NCBI RefSeq assembly: GCF_029379315.1
Contig: NZ_JAQYWQ010000014.1
Span: 542-64,541 of the forward strand
DNA length: 64,000 nt
Direction of reading: 5' to 3'
Origin: Nostoc sp. S13
GTDB taxonomy: Bacteria; Cyanobacteriota; Cyanobacteriia; Cyanobacteriales; Nostocaceae
The notes beneath the pieces are model-generated. The model had not been told where the DNA came from, made no database searches, and saw only the letters and a list, made by a program, of their open reading frames with translations. The translations under genes were made by a program, and so were the position numbers. Each line of letters starts with the position of its first letter. Within the stretch, counting starts at the first letter, position 1. Shown in pieces: positions 28,932 through 39,303 of the stretch.

Positions 28932-31260
28932 TTTTGCTGAAAAATTTGCCCAGTTATCTTTAAGCGACCAGCGAACCATCCTCATTGACCCTCGTGTTAA
29001 AGCAAATCTAGGAAAATGGAAACTGTTTTACAAAAGACTGACTGATTTTGATTTTATCAATGCTAAAGTCAACCATTCTGATTTTGGTGTGCAGTCACTC
29101 ATTGACGATTATGATTTAATTAACGACTTAGAACTATTAAACAAACCAGAATATAATTCAGAGCAAGTTAAAACGCTGAAATTGATTCAATGAGCGTTGC
29201 GACTGTCAGCACATATTTTAGTAAAAGATAAAATGCAACTGGCAGGGCAATTGTGGGGGCGAATGCAGCACTTTGCAGTACCAGAAATTCAAGCAATGCT
29301 GAAATTAGCAAAGCAGCAAGTTTTACCTTGGTTCTGTCCGTTAACATCTAACTTAATTTCCCCCGGTGGAAGTTTACTTCTCACCCTCTCAGGTCATAGC
29401 CTCTACGTAAGTGCAGTAGCCCTCACCCCCGATGGCAAGAAAGTGATTTCTGCTTCAGCTGACAACACACTCAAACTTTGGAATCTGGAAACTGGGGAGG
29501 ATGAGTGGACTTTCCAGGGTCATAGCGGCTCGGTAAATGCAGTAGCCATCACCCCGGATGGCAAGCGGGTAATTTCTGGTTCATCTGATAACACACTCAA
29601 ACTCTGGAATCTAGAAACTGGTAAAGATGAGCGGACTTTCCAGGGTCATAGCGGCTCGGTATTTGCAGTAGCCCTCACCCCGGATGGCAAGCGGATGATT
29701 TCTGCTTCATCTGACAAGACACTCAAACTCTGGAATCTGGAAACTGGGGAGGATGAGCGGACTTTTAAAGGTCATAGCGACCCTGTACTAGCAGTAGCCC
29801 TCACCCCCGATGGCAAGCGGGTGATTTCTGCTTCACATGACAGCACACTCAAACTCTGGAATCTGGAAACTGGTGAGGATAAGCGGACTTTTTATGGTCA
29901 TCGCGACTATGTAAGAGCAGTAGCCATCACCCCCGATGGCAAGCGGGTGATTTCTGCTTCATCTGACAGCACGCTCAAACTCTGGAATCTGGAAACTGGG
30001 GAGGATGAGCGGACTTTTTATGGTCATAGCGGCTCGGTATATGCAGTAGCTCTCACCCCCGATGGTAAGCGGCTGATTTCTACTTCACATGACAGCACAC
30101 TCAAACTCTGGAATCTAGAAACTGGTAAAGATGAGCGGACTTTCCAGGGTCATAGCGGCTCGGTATTTGCAGTAGCTCTCACCCCGGATGGCAAGCGGCT
30201 GATTTCTGCTTCATCTGACAGGACACTCAAACTCTGGAATCTGGAAACTAGGGAGGATGAGCGGATTTTTAATTGTCACAGCGGCTTTGTACTAGCACTA
30301 GCCCTCAGCCCCGATGGCAAGCGGGTGATTTCTGCTTCATTTGACAGCATACTCAAACTGTGGAATCTGGAAACTGGTGAGGATGAGCGGACTTTTTATG
30401 GTCATAGCGGCCCTGTACTAGCACTAGCCCTCACCCCCGATGGCAAGGGGCTGATTTCTGTTTCTCATGACAGGACGCTCAAACTCTGGAATCTGGAAAC
30501 TGGGAAGGATGAGCGGACTTTTTATGGTCATAGCGGCTCGATATATGCACTAGCCCTCACCCCCGATGGCAAGCGGGTGATTTCTGCTTCTTATGACAGG
30601 ACACTCAAACTCTGGAATCTGGAAACTGGTGAGGATGAACGGACTTTTTATGGTCATAGCGGCCGGGTAGATGCACTAGCCCTCACCCCCGATGGCAAGC
30701 GGGTGATTTCTGCTTCTTATGACAGGACACTCAAACTCTGGAATCTGGAAACTGGTGAGGATGAACGGACTTTTTATGGTCATAGCGGCCGGGTAGATGC
30801 ACTAGCCCTCACCCCCGATGGCAAGGGGCTGATTTCTGTTTCTTATGACAGGACACTCAAACTCTGGAATCTGGAAACTGGAGAGGATGAGCGGACTTTT
30901 TATGGTCATAGCGACTCGGTATATGCAGTAGCCCTCACCCCCGATGGCAAGCGGGTGATTTCTACTTCTCATGACAGGACACTCAAACTCTGGAATCTGG
31001 AAACTGGGGAGAATGAGCGGACTTTTTATGGTCATAACGGCTTGGTATATGCAGTAGCCCTCACCCTCGATGGCAAGCGGGTGATTTCTGCTTCAAATGA
31101 CAACACACTCAAACTCTGGAATCTGGAAACTGGGGAAGAAATTGCCACTTTTACAGGAGAAGCTCCATTTTTTTGCTGCGCTGTTGCAGCAGATGGGGTG
31201 ACAATTGTCGCAGGGGAGTCGTCAGGGAGAGTGCATTTTTTGCGGTTGGAGAATGTTTAA
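28924..31260 (+). pseudogene. WD40 repeat protein with APAF-1-like helical N-domain, interrupted by an in-frame TGA at 29191-29193
   Basis: ORFs 28924-29193 and 29197-31260 share a frame and read LKLIQ*ALRLSAHIL. There are 14 near-identical 42-aa WD repeats plus one degenerate repeat. Confidence 0.85.
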
Positions 31261-31265
31261 AAAGT

Positions 31266-32351
31266 ATGAATACTTCACCTCGATCGCCAACGCCAATCAA
31301 TTCACCCTCATACCCAACAGAATTTCAACAAATCATTCTCGAAAAAAGCCAAAACTTTGTTGGTCGTGAATTCGTCTTCACCGCAATATCCAACTTTCTC
31401 CAACGTCATGACCGGGGTTACTTTACCATAATTGGCGCACCCGGTAGCGGCAAAAGTGCCATCCTCGCCAAATACGTCACAGAAAATCCCCACCTTCTCT
31501 ATTACAACGCCCAACTTCCAGACAAAAATCGCGCTGGGGAATTTATTGCTACTATCTGCACGCAAATTGACCCGACATCTCAAGAAACCTCTCTACCTTC
31601 CCTTCTTCAGCAAGTCAGCGACAAGCTAGAATCTCAACAAAAGTTTATCATTGCTATTGATGCCTTGGATGCTGTTAACCGCACCAACCAAACCCCAGGC
31701 TCAAATCTCTTTTATCTTCCCAGATATCTCCCGCGTGGCGTCTATTTCCTTTTTACCCGCCGTCCTTATGTGCGAAAACAATCCGGTTTGTTGATAGAAG
31801 CACCTTCCCAAATTCTCGACTTAGCAGAATACCCACAACAAAACCACGAGGATATCGAAGCATATATTCAACGATATGTCAACAATGACGAAGAACTCAC
31901 AGCACAGCTAATAGCCAAAAGCGAAAACAATTTCATGTATCTCACTCAGATATTACCTGCTATCTCTAAGGAGGTTGACCGACTTACCCCTGATTTAGAG
32001 GCGTATTATCAACAGCATTTGCACAAGATGATTCCCCCTAATTCGCCAACTTTTGAGAGGAAATTGAAATCATTTGTGCTGAGTGTGTTAGTGCAAGTTT
32101 CATCACCTTTATCAGCAGAAGTGATTGCTAGTGCAATTGATGCTGATGAATACGATGTTGAAGAAGTTCTGGAAAATTGGCGTGAGTTTTTAATACTCCA
32201 GGACGGCACTTGCTACCCTTCGGGAACGCTAAGAGCGAACAAGTCGGGAAACCGCAAGGGCGCAGTGCCTCAAATTGATGGAGAAATCCGCTACAGTCTT
32301 TATCATTCCAGCTTCCGCGATTTCTTAAGCAAGCAAGCAAATTTTGCTTAG
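31266..32351 (+). CDS. Second STAND-like ATPase lacking effector and sensor domains
   Basis: FVGREFVF, Walker A GAPGSGKS, Walker B IAIDALD, ENNFMY and YSLYHSSFRDFL; start placed at MNTSPR, 5 nt after the WD40 stop. Confidence 0.85.
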   Translation: MNTSPRSPTPINSPSYPTEFQQIILEKSQNFVGREFVFTAISNFLQRHDRGYFTIIGAPGSGKSAILAKYVTENPHLLYYNAQLPDKNRAGEFIATICTQIDPTSQETSLPSLLQQVSDKLESQQKFIIAIDALDAVNRTNQTPGSNLFYLPRYLPRGVYFLFTRRPYVRKQSGLLIEAPSQILDLAEYPQQNHEDIEAYIQRYVNNDEELTAQLIAKSENNFMYLTQILPAISKEVDRLTPDLEAYYQQHLHKMIPPNSPTFERKLKSFVLSVLVQVSSPLSAEVIASAIDADEYDVEEVLENWREFLILQDGTCYPSGTLRANKSGNRKGAVPQIDGEIRYSLYHSSFRDFLSKQANFA

Positions 32352-32401
32352 ATTCTATAGCGTTTCTCAGTTGAATCCAATAGAGACCTAACCCCCAACC
32401 C

Positions 32402-32788
32402 CTGTTGTTCTCACTTATTACCGTGTCTCTCCAGAATACTTAGTACCTGTGACTCCGGCTTTACCAGAAGAGATTATAGAAGCCGAAATACAAGAAGAAC
32501 AAGAGGAACCAATTTCCTTTACAGTAAAGTTCGCGATCGCTGCTAGATTCAAATCTAGATTTGGATATTTTAGAGGAACCATTTACAAGCCCAGAAATCC
32601 CACCAACCTTAATTACAAAACCTCATCGGGGTAAACGCTTGGTAATGCTGGGGGGAGTGTTGGCGTTGCTTGTGGGGTGTATAAGTCTGGGATTATTTGC
32701 TTGGTGGCAAATTAATCCTCAAGGATTACAGCAGATGTGTCGGCAACTTCCCCAAAGAGTGCAGCAACTTTGTCCGCCACAAAAGTAG
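32402..32788 (+). pseudogene. Frameshifted duplicate of the 3' end of the PP2C gene
   Basis: Closely matches 26287-26705 (ctgttgttctcacttattaccgtgtctctccagaatacttagtacc...), with small deletions and a +1 insertion near 32525. Confidence 0.9.
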
Positions 32789-32860
32789 GGACTAGCGACT
32801 TAAAGAATAGATTATACCGAAATATCATGATGTTGCTCAGAAATTTGTCATATGGGTACT

Positions 32861-33685
32861 TCACTGATGAGATGAGCGAAATAAGTGACTATGTTCGGGA
32901 TGATATAAACGCGATCGCCCTTTTGCTGTCGAGAGTGCTGGAGTGATTATATAAAGTGTAGTGCGAATTAGGTTTTCTTGATGAGTGCAGTCTGCCATTT
33001 GATTAAGGGGAACAACCCTGATTTTTTCATCAGGCCAGCCGATGCGAAAGCAAATTGCAATGGGAGTTTCGGCTGGGTAATGTTCGAGTAATTTAACTTG
33101 GGCATTTTCGACGTGACGCGCACTGAGATATAGGCAAAGGCTAGCCTGATGCGCTGCCAGCGAGGCTAATTCTTCAGTAGCGGGGACTTCTGTACGTCCA
33201 CTGATGCGTGTCAAAATGATGGTTTGGACTAAACCAGGGACAGTCAGTTCTATTTTGAGTTTGGCAGCAGCAGCTTGAAAGGCGCTGATACCTGGTATAA
33301 CTTCAAAAGGGATATTTGCCTCTCTTAGGAGGTGCATTTGCTCGTGGATGGCGCTGTAGAGGCTGGGGTCGCCAGAATGGAGACGGACTAGAGATTTATG
33401 CTGCGATCGCACCCTATCGATCATAACCGGCAAAATCTCTTCTAATGTCTGATTCGCAGTTCTAATTATCTCTGCATCTTCTCGGCAAAGTTCTAAAATC
33501 TGTTCGGGTACTAAAGAATCAGCAAATAAAATCACATCAGCAGCAGCCAGTAGTTTCTGCGCCTTCACCGTTAATAAATCAGGATCTCCAGGCCCCGCCC
33601 CCACAATATAGACAGATGGTTCTACAGCATATAATGTTTTTTTATAGCTTAGGCTTTCTGTATATTCACTTTTAAAAGAACACAC
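32861..33685 (-). CDS. cobM: Precorrin-4 C11-methyltransferase
   Basis: VYIVGAGPGDPDLLTVK, RLHSGDPSLY and ELTVPGLVQTIILTR. Confidence 0.92.
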   Translation of the reverse strand: MCSFKSEYTESLSYKKTLYAVEPSVYIVGAGPGDPDLLTVKAQKLLAAADVILFADSLVPEQILELCREDAEIIRTANQTLEEILPVMIDRVRSQHKSLVRLHSGDPSLYSAIHEQMHLLREANIPFEVIPGISAFQAAAAKLKIELTVPGLVQTIILTRISGRTEVPATEELASLAAHQASLCLYLSARHVENAQVKLLEHYPAETPIAICFRIGWPDEKIRVVPLNQMADCTHQENLIRTTLYIITPALSTAKGRSRLYHPEHSHLFRSSHQ

Positions 33686-33825
33686 GACAATCCCTCAAAA
33701 ATTTTTTTGGCATTTTCTCAGTATCTTTCCGGATTCTCCCTCTTCTGTTAGTAGAGAGTAATGGTAGATGCACCCTGGTTAAGCCCTAGAGAATACTCTG
33801 GGGCATTTTTTATTTTTTATTTTTT

Positions 33826-33920
33826 GGGCATTGGGCATTGGGCACTTCAATTTTGGATTTTGGATTTTAGATTTTGGATTAAATTTCAATCTAAAATCTA
33901 AAATCTAAAATCTAAAATTC
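33826..33920. repeat. STRR heptamer arrays (ttgggca)n, (ttttgga)n, (aaaatct)n
   Basis: Directly visible tandem heptamers between convergent-transcript ends. Confidence 0.85.
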
Positions 33921-33929
33921 TTACTCCCC

Positions 33930-34805
33930 TCATCTCCCACTCTCCGCATTTACTTTAGGAGTAGGAACTACATCGGGTAAAGGGCGTTTGAGTAAGTAAA
34001 GCCAAGCTAACCCAACTAATCCCAATAAAATTCCTAGACTACTGACTACTTGTGCCATCCGTAATGGCCCCAGCATTAAGCTATCAGTGCGAAAGCCTTC
34101 AATCCATAAGCGTCCTAAGCTGTAGGCTGGCCAGTAAACTAGAAACAGCGTGCCTACCTTCAGGCGTGGTTTACCGGATAAAGAGCGGAAAAACAAAGTT
34201 ATTAGTAGCGTAAACACCATTAAATCCCATAGAGATTCGTAGAGAAAGGTGGGATGAAAGTAATCGAAACTAGCATATTCTAGAGGACGATGGTCTGGTG
34301 GAATATAGAGCTTCCAAGGTAAATCAGTAGGATCGCCAAAAGCCTCAGAATTAAAGAAATTGCCCCAACGTCCGATCGCTTGCCCTAAAATCAGCGAAGG
34401 CGCTACTAAATCTGCGAGTTGCCAGAAAGAAACCTGCTTGATTTTGGCAAAGATTAACGCAGCCAAAACGCCACCAAGAATTGCTCCATGAATAGCAATA
34501 CCTCCTTCCCAGATAGCAAAGATTTTTCCTGGAGTTTGGGCATATTTTGACCACTCAAAGAAAACGTAATATAGCCGTGCGCTAGGAATTGCCCCAATCA
34601 ACAACCAAAAAAACAAATCACCTAGCAACTCAGGATTAACATTACGGCGTTTTGCCAAATGCTGGGAAAGCATGACGCCAATTAATACTGCTGTGGCAAT
34701 CAATAAGCCATACCAACGGATAGTTAATGGCCCTATTTTCAACAGAATCGGTCCTGCAGAAGTAAATTGAAACGCCAAAGGCAAGGTGGAAAAATCCAGT
34801 GCCAT
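33930..34805 (-). CDS. lgt: Prolipoprotein diacylglyceryl transferase
   Basis: [26 protein letters not shown] and HPTFLYES. Confidence 0.95.
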   Translation of the reverse strand: MALDFSTLPLAFQFTSAGPILLKIGPLTIRWYGLLIATAVLIGVMLSQHLAKRRNVNPELLGDLFFWLLIGAIPSARLYYVFFEWSKYAQTPGKIFAIWEGGIAIHGAILGGVLAALIFAKIKQVSFWQLADLVAPSLILGQAIGRWGNFFNSEAFGDPTDLPWKLYIPPDHRPLEYASFDYFHPTFLYESLWDLMVFTLLITLFFRSLSGKPRLKVGTLFLVYWPAYSLGRLWIEGFRTDSLMLGPLRMAQVVSSLGILLGLVGLAWLYLLKRPLPDVVPTPKVNAESGR

Positions 34806-35339
34806 GAAAAATTACCTAAAAAAGTTCGTTAACTACCCGCGCACTTTGCTAAGTACGGAGTTTCTTATGTCTCAAATACTGGGGAGTTACGTTTGAATCT
34901 ACCACAATGTAATTGTGAAGACGCAGGTAAAAATCCAGCATCCATCTTTAGGAAGTTCCTAACGCCTAGTTGAGCATAACTTGTGTCACCAGAACAATTG
35001 AGTTTACAGCATTTTTCATTTATTTGAACCACATCTGTTGTCAGGGCACAGCAATGCTTTAGAGCCAAGGCAATGGAATACCCACGCCAGCAACTGGCGT
35101 CGGCAATGCCTGACTTGTCACTTGCTGTGTCTCCCAAGGGGAGAAACAACTGGCGTGCGGTTTCTAATTGCCAATTTAACGTTAAGTTAACACCGATAAG
35201 CAATGTTCCCTACAGTCTGGTCTATTTATATCAAACTAGCTTTAACATTCTTACCCAGAGCGCAAGATGGTAAATTTGAGTAAGTTACCCAAAACGGTTT
35301 CGATATAATCACCTAAACAACTTTGATATATCTAAAATT

Positions 35340-35891
35340 GTGATTGCTATTTATCCTGGTAGCTTCGACCCCATCACATTGGGACACCTTGATCTCATCC
35401 AGCGCGGTAGTCGGCTGTTTGAGCAGGTGATTGTCGCTGTACTGCGGAACCCCAACAAAATGCCACTTTTTAGTGTGCAGCAACGGCTAGATCAGATCCG
35501 TCATTCTACACAACATCTACCTAATGTAGAAGTAGATAGCTTTGATGGTCTTACCGTCAACTATGCCCAAATGCGACAAGCACAAGTTTTGCTGCGGGGT
35601 TTACGGGCTGTGTCAGATTTTGAAGTGGAACTGCAAATGGCTCACACTAATAAAACTCTTTCTACCCAAATTGAAACAGTTTTTCTCGCCACCTCAAATG
35701 AGTATAGTTTTTTAAGTAGTAGTGTGGTAAAAGAGATTGCAAGGTTTGGTGGTTCTATCGATCATCTTGTTCCTCCACACATTGCTCTAGATATATACCA
35801 ATGCTACAATCACAACTCTCCAATGTTGAACCCAATCTCAACGGAAGCAATCCCCCCCCTCAAGAATATCTCGGTCGAGAGGGAAGTATAG
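35340..35891 (+). CDS. coaD: Phosphopantetheine adenylyltransferase
   Basis: [25 protein letters not shown] and SSSVVKE. Confidence 0.95.
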   Translation: MIAIYPGSFDPITLGHLDLIQRGSRLFEQVIVAVLRNPNKMPLFSVQQRLDQIRHSTQHLPNVEVDSFDGLTVNYAQMRQAQVLLRGLRAVSDFEVELQMAHTNKTLSTQIETVFLATSNEYSFLSSSVVKEIARFGGSIDHLVPPHIALDIYQCYNHNSPMLNPISTEAIPPLKNISVEREV

Positions 35892-36469
35892 ATATTCAGC
35901 AGGAACTCAACCGCCTAGAGGAAATGGTTCTCTCTAGTCTTAGAATTCCACTGACGGGACGCACACTCATAGATGAAGAAAAGTTACTCGATCAGCTTGA
36001 TTACATCCGGCTGGCCTTACCATCACTTTTTCAAGAAGCAGCAGTGATTCTGGAACAAAAGGATGAAATTCTGCTGGAAGCAGAAGAGTATGGACAGCAG
36101 GTTGTTGAGGCCGCGCAAGCCAAAAGAGCGCAAATTTTAGCTGAAAGCGATATTATTCAACAGGCAGAACAACAAGCTGAACAACTGCGGCGACAAGCGC
36201 AACAAGAGTGTGAGGCGATAATGCAAGAAACTCTCGCGGAGATTGACCGCAAGCGGTATGCTTGTCAGCAAGAGTTAGAGCAAATGCGACAAACTGCGAT
36301 CGCACAGGCTCAAGAAATTGAAGATGGTGCTGATGCATATGCCGATGGCGTTTTGGGAAATATTGAGCAGGATCTCAAAGATATGTTGCGAATTATCACC
36401 AACGGACGGCAACAATTGCAAATTGATAACCTCACTCAGCGCAATTCACCTCCTGCCAAGAAAAAATAA
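35801..36469 (+). CDS. Conserved coiled-coil protein (DivIVA/ATP synthase b-like), overlapping the coaD tail
   Basis: LNRLEEMV...[19 protein letters not shown] and ADAYADGVL pattern typical of the gene that follows coaD. Confidence 0.75.
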   Translation: MLQSQLSNVEPNLNGSNPPPQEYLGREGSIDIQQELNRLEEMVLSSLRIPLTGRTLIDEEKLLDQLDYIRLALPSLFQEAAVILEQKDEILLEAEEYGQQVVEAAQAKRAQILAESDIIQQAEQQAEQLRRQAQQECEAIMQETLAEIDRKRYACQQELEQMRQTAIAQAQEIEDGADAYADGVLGNIEQDLKDMLRIITNGRQQLQIDNLTQRNSPPAKKK

Positions 36470-36762
36470 ACTGTAGTCCTAGCATTTACCAGTTTGGGCT
36501 GACGGGGTTATATAAAGATGGTTTGATACATTTTTCTCATAGAGATGCAATGTACATATCCCGTTCATACAAAACATGCTTTGCTAGAGGCGTGACAGCT
36601 GATTGAGCTGTGTTGCGAGTATCAGGATATAACCAGGTTTTATCTAACGAGACTCAAAATTTCTCAGGTTGTACAGTCAAACTAGAACAAGGAGGTCTAT
36701 TCTGTTTGTGAGCCACATCTGCTTGGCAAATTTATAATGTTTTCTGCCAACAGAGGAATATT

Positions 36763-38169
36763 ATGCTAACTAGGTTGAAAGTTTCTGGTTTTAAGAACCT
36801 CGTCAATGTTGATGTCCGCTTCGGGCCATTTACCTGTGTAGCCGGGGCTAATGGGGTGGGGAAATCTAACTTATTTGATGCTATTAGATTTTTAAGTGCG
36901 ATCGCTGATCGAACCCTAATTGATGCTGCGTTATCTGTGCGAGATGAAGAAGCACGAACAACAGATGTGCGTAGTTTATTTCACCGAGTTGGTGATGAAT
37001 ATGCAGGTAAAATATTATTTGAGGCAGAAATGATAGTACCGGAGGAAGGCGTAGATGATTTAGGACAACAGGCAAAAGCTAGTATTACCTTTCTTCGTTA
37101 CTCTCTCACTTTAGCCTACCGTTCAGATCATAGTTTACGGTCTTTAGGATCGCTGGAAATCATCAAAGAAGAGTTAGTTCACATCAACCTTGGTGATGCC
37201 AGAAAAAACTTATTGTTTCCTCACAGTGTTGAGTGGCGTAAATCCGCAGTTAAGGGAAAAAGAACTTCACCATTTATTTCAACTGAAGGTGATAAAGATA
37301 GGAGAGTTATTAAGCTACATCAAGATGGTATTAAAGGGAAACCTCTGTCTCGATTAGCTGCCAATCTTCCCCGAACCGTGCTTTCTGTGGCTAATGCGGC
37401 GGAAAGTCCAACAGTATTGCTGGCACGACGGGAAATGCAATCCTGGCGGCTACTTCAGTTAGAGCCTTCAGCACTACGGCAACCAGACGAATTTACATCG
37501 CCTACAAAATTAGACATGGATGGTTCTCACTTAGCTGCAACACTCTATCACTTGGCACGGTTCAACAAAAATCATCCAACAAATGGACTGTCAGATGATG
37601 AGGCGGAAGCACAAGTTTATAGCCAAGTTGCGAATCGGCTGGCAGAACTTATTGACGATGTGGATGAAGTAGGAATTGACCGGGATGAACGACGCGAAAT
37701 TCTGACGCTAATAGTTACTGGCAAAGACAGCACATCACATCCAGCAAGGGCGCTATCAGATGGAACCCTGCGCTTTTTGGCATTAGCAGTTCTAGAATTA
37801 GACCCTCAAGCACAAGGTCTTTTGTGTTTAGAAGAACCGGAAAACGGTATTCATCCAGAGCGTATTCCCAAAATACTCCAACTACTTCAAGACATTGCTA
37901 CTGATGTTAATGAACCTATTGGGATAGATAACCCCCTTCGTCAAGTAATCATAAATACTCACTCACCTTCAGTAGTTATGCAAGTACCTGACGACAGCCT
38001 ATTGGTTGCTGAATTAAAGGAAACAGTAGATTCAGGGAAGCGATTTAAGCGAGTGTCGTTTGCTTGTCTACCTGAAACTTGGCGACAAAAAGACCCAGAA
38101 GGCATGAATGATGTACCTAAAAACAAATTACTTGCTTACTTGAATCCGGTAGTACTTGGTGAATTATAG
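36763..38169 (+). CDS. ABC-type (AAA_21/AAA_15) ATPase; frame continues past a TAG to 38289
   Basis: Walker A GANGVGKS, signature-like LSDGTLR, Walker B LCLEEPENGIHP and H-loop NTHSP. Confidence 0.88.
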   Translation: MLTRLKVSGFKNLVNVDVRFGPFTCVAGANGVGKSNLFDAIRFLSAIADRTLIDAALSVRDEEARTTDVRSLFHRVGDEYAGKILFEAEMIVPEEGVDDLGQQAKASITFLRYSLTLAYRSDHSLRSLGSLEIIKEELVHINLGDARKNLLFPHSVEWRKSAVKGKRTSPFISTEGDKDRRVIKLHQDGIKGKPLSRLAANLPRTVLSVANAAESPTVLLARREMQSWRLLQLEPSALRQPDEFTSPTKLDMDGSHLAATLYHLARFNKNHPTNGLSDDEAEAQVYSQVANRLAELIDDVDEVGIDRDERREILTLIVTGKDSTSHPARALSDGTLRFLALAVLELDPQAQGLLCLEEPENGIHPERIPKILQLLQDIATDVNEPIGIDNPLRQVIINTHSPSVVMQVPDDSLLVAELKETVDSGKRFKRVSFACLPETWRQKDPEGMNDVPKNKLLAYLNPVVLGEL

Positions 38170-38291
38170 CCTGATAGCAATGGAAAAGTAGGAAATCTTC
38201 AGCAATCAAAACCAACACAACCGAAGAAACATCGAGTTGTGGATAGAGCTGATCTTCAACTACTAATTCCCGGTTTTCCTAGTGAATAGGC

Positions 38292-38942
38292 ATGAAAGAA
38301 CTTTGCTACACTTTGCTGTCAGACGGCAGCTCAGATAAAGCACTGATGCCTATCCTCACTTGGTTATTACGGGCGCATCAGGTTGAGTGTGCTATCCAGT
38401 CTAATTGGGCAGATTTGCGACGCTTACCCAAACCACCGAAAAAGTTATTACCCCGTATTATCAACAGCTTAGAACTCTATCCTTGTGATCTCTTGTTTAT
38501 CCATCGAGATGCAGAAAGAGAACCACGCGAAAAACGTATAACAGAAATTTTAGAAGCGCTAGAAGAAGTAGTTAAAAAATCAGTAGTAGTGCCACCTCAT
38601 ATTTGTGTGATTCCGGTGCCTATGCAGGAGGCGTGGCTCTTATTTGACGAAGCAGCGCTACGGAAGGCGGCAGGGAATCCTCGTGGGCGTCAGCCATTAC
38701 AACTGCCAGATATCTGTAAACTTGAACAACTACCTGATCCAAAAGATATTCTCTATGGACTTCTGTACGAAGCTAGTGAGTTGACAGGTCGGCGGCTAAA
38801 GCAATTCTCGGTTAACCAACGTGTACACCCATTAGCTGAACTAATTGATGATTTTTCACCACTAAGAGCTTTGTCTGCTTTTCAATTACTGGAAACTGAA
38901 ATTCAACAAGTTATAAAAACACAAGGTTGGTGTTCCTTATAG
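38292..38942 (+). CDS. DUF4276/TOPRIM-like partner of the ABC ATPase
   Basis: LLSDGSSD, FIHRDAE, IPVPMQEAWLL and SAF motifs. Confidence 0.65.
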   Translation: MKELCYTLLSDGSSDKALMPILTWLLRAHQVECAIQSNWADLRRLPKPPKKLLPRIINSLELYPCDLLFIHRDAEREPREKRITEILEALEEVVKKSVVVPPHICVIPVPMQEAWLLFDEAALRKAAGNPRGRQPLQLPDICKLEQLPDPKDILYGLLYEASELTGRRLKQFSVNQRVHPLAELIDDFSPLRALSAFQLLETEIQQVIKTQGWCSL

Positions 38943-39132
38943 AGATGCAAAATTTTGCATTTATAGAGGATATTTACATGAACATTATTATATATAAAAT
39001 GCTCCAACAGCATACCGGGAGAGTAATGTAAAGGTTTGTAAATGATTTGTGTAGTTCCCAAAATTCAAACTGAATACTAAATAGGTACGTGGTTTTACTA
39101 CGTGCAAAATTATTCATTAGAGGAGCATTATA

Positions 39133-39303
39133 ATGAGCACCTTCGGTCAGGCTTTTGTAGCTCTGGACTATGGTTTTACTGTCGTTGATGGTGGATGGAC
39201 TAGCTTTAACCAATATCCACGTCAGCTTGGTGATATCAACGGCGATGGTCGCAATGATATTGTTGGTTTTGGAAATAGCGATGTCTACGTTTCTCTAGCT
39301 TAA
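39133..39303 (+). CDS. 56-aa single FG-GAP/PVL-type lectin propeller blade
   Basis: MSTFGQAFVALDYGFTVVDGGWTSFNQYPRQLGDINGDGRNDIVGFGNSDVYVSLA*, with AGGAG at 39121-39125; too short for the ORF track. Confidence 0.6.
   Translation: MSTFGQAFVALDYGFTVVDGGWTSFNQYPRQLGDINGDGRNDIVGFGNSDVYVSLA

Noticed and set aside
29191-29193. Selenocysteine recoding of the in-frame TGA
   Set aside because: The context suggests Gly (GGA to TGA), not a catalytic Cys/Sec position, and no SECIS-like hairpin was recognised.
28786-29193. 135-aa ORF as an independent gene with the track's start
   Set aside because: The first 46 codons overlap the upstream ATPase; from ATG 28924 it is the N-terminus of the interrupted WD40 gene.
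29392-31155. CRISPR-like regularly spaced DNA repeats
   Set aside because: These are in-frame 126-bp WD40 coding repeats.
33690-33830. Cobalamin riboswitch upstream of cobM
   Set aside because: No B12-element consensus was recognised; only a terminator-like hairpin and STRRs are present.
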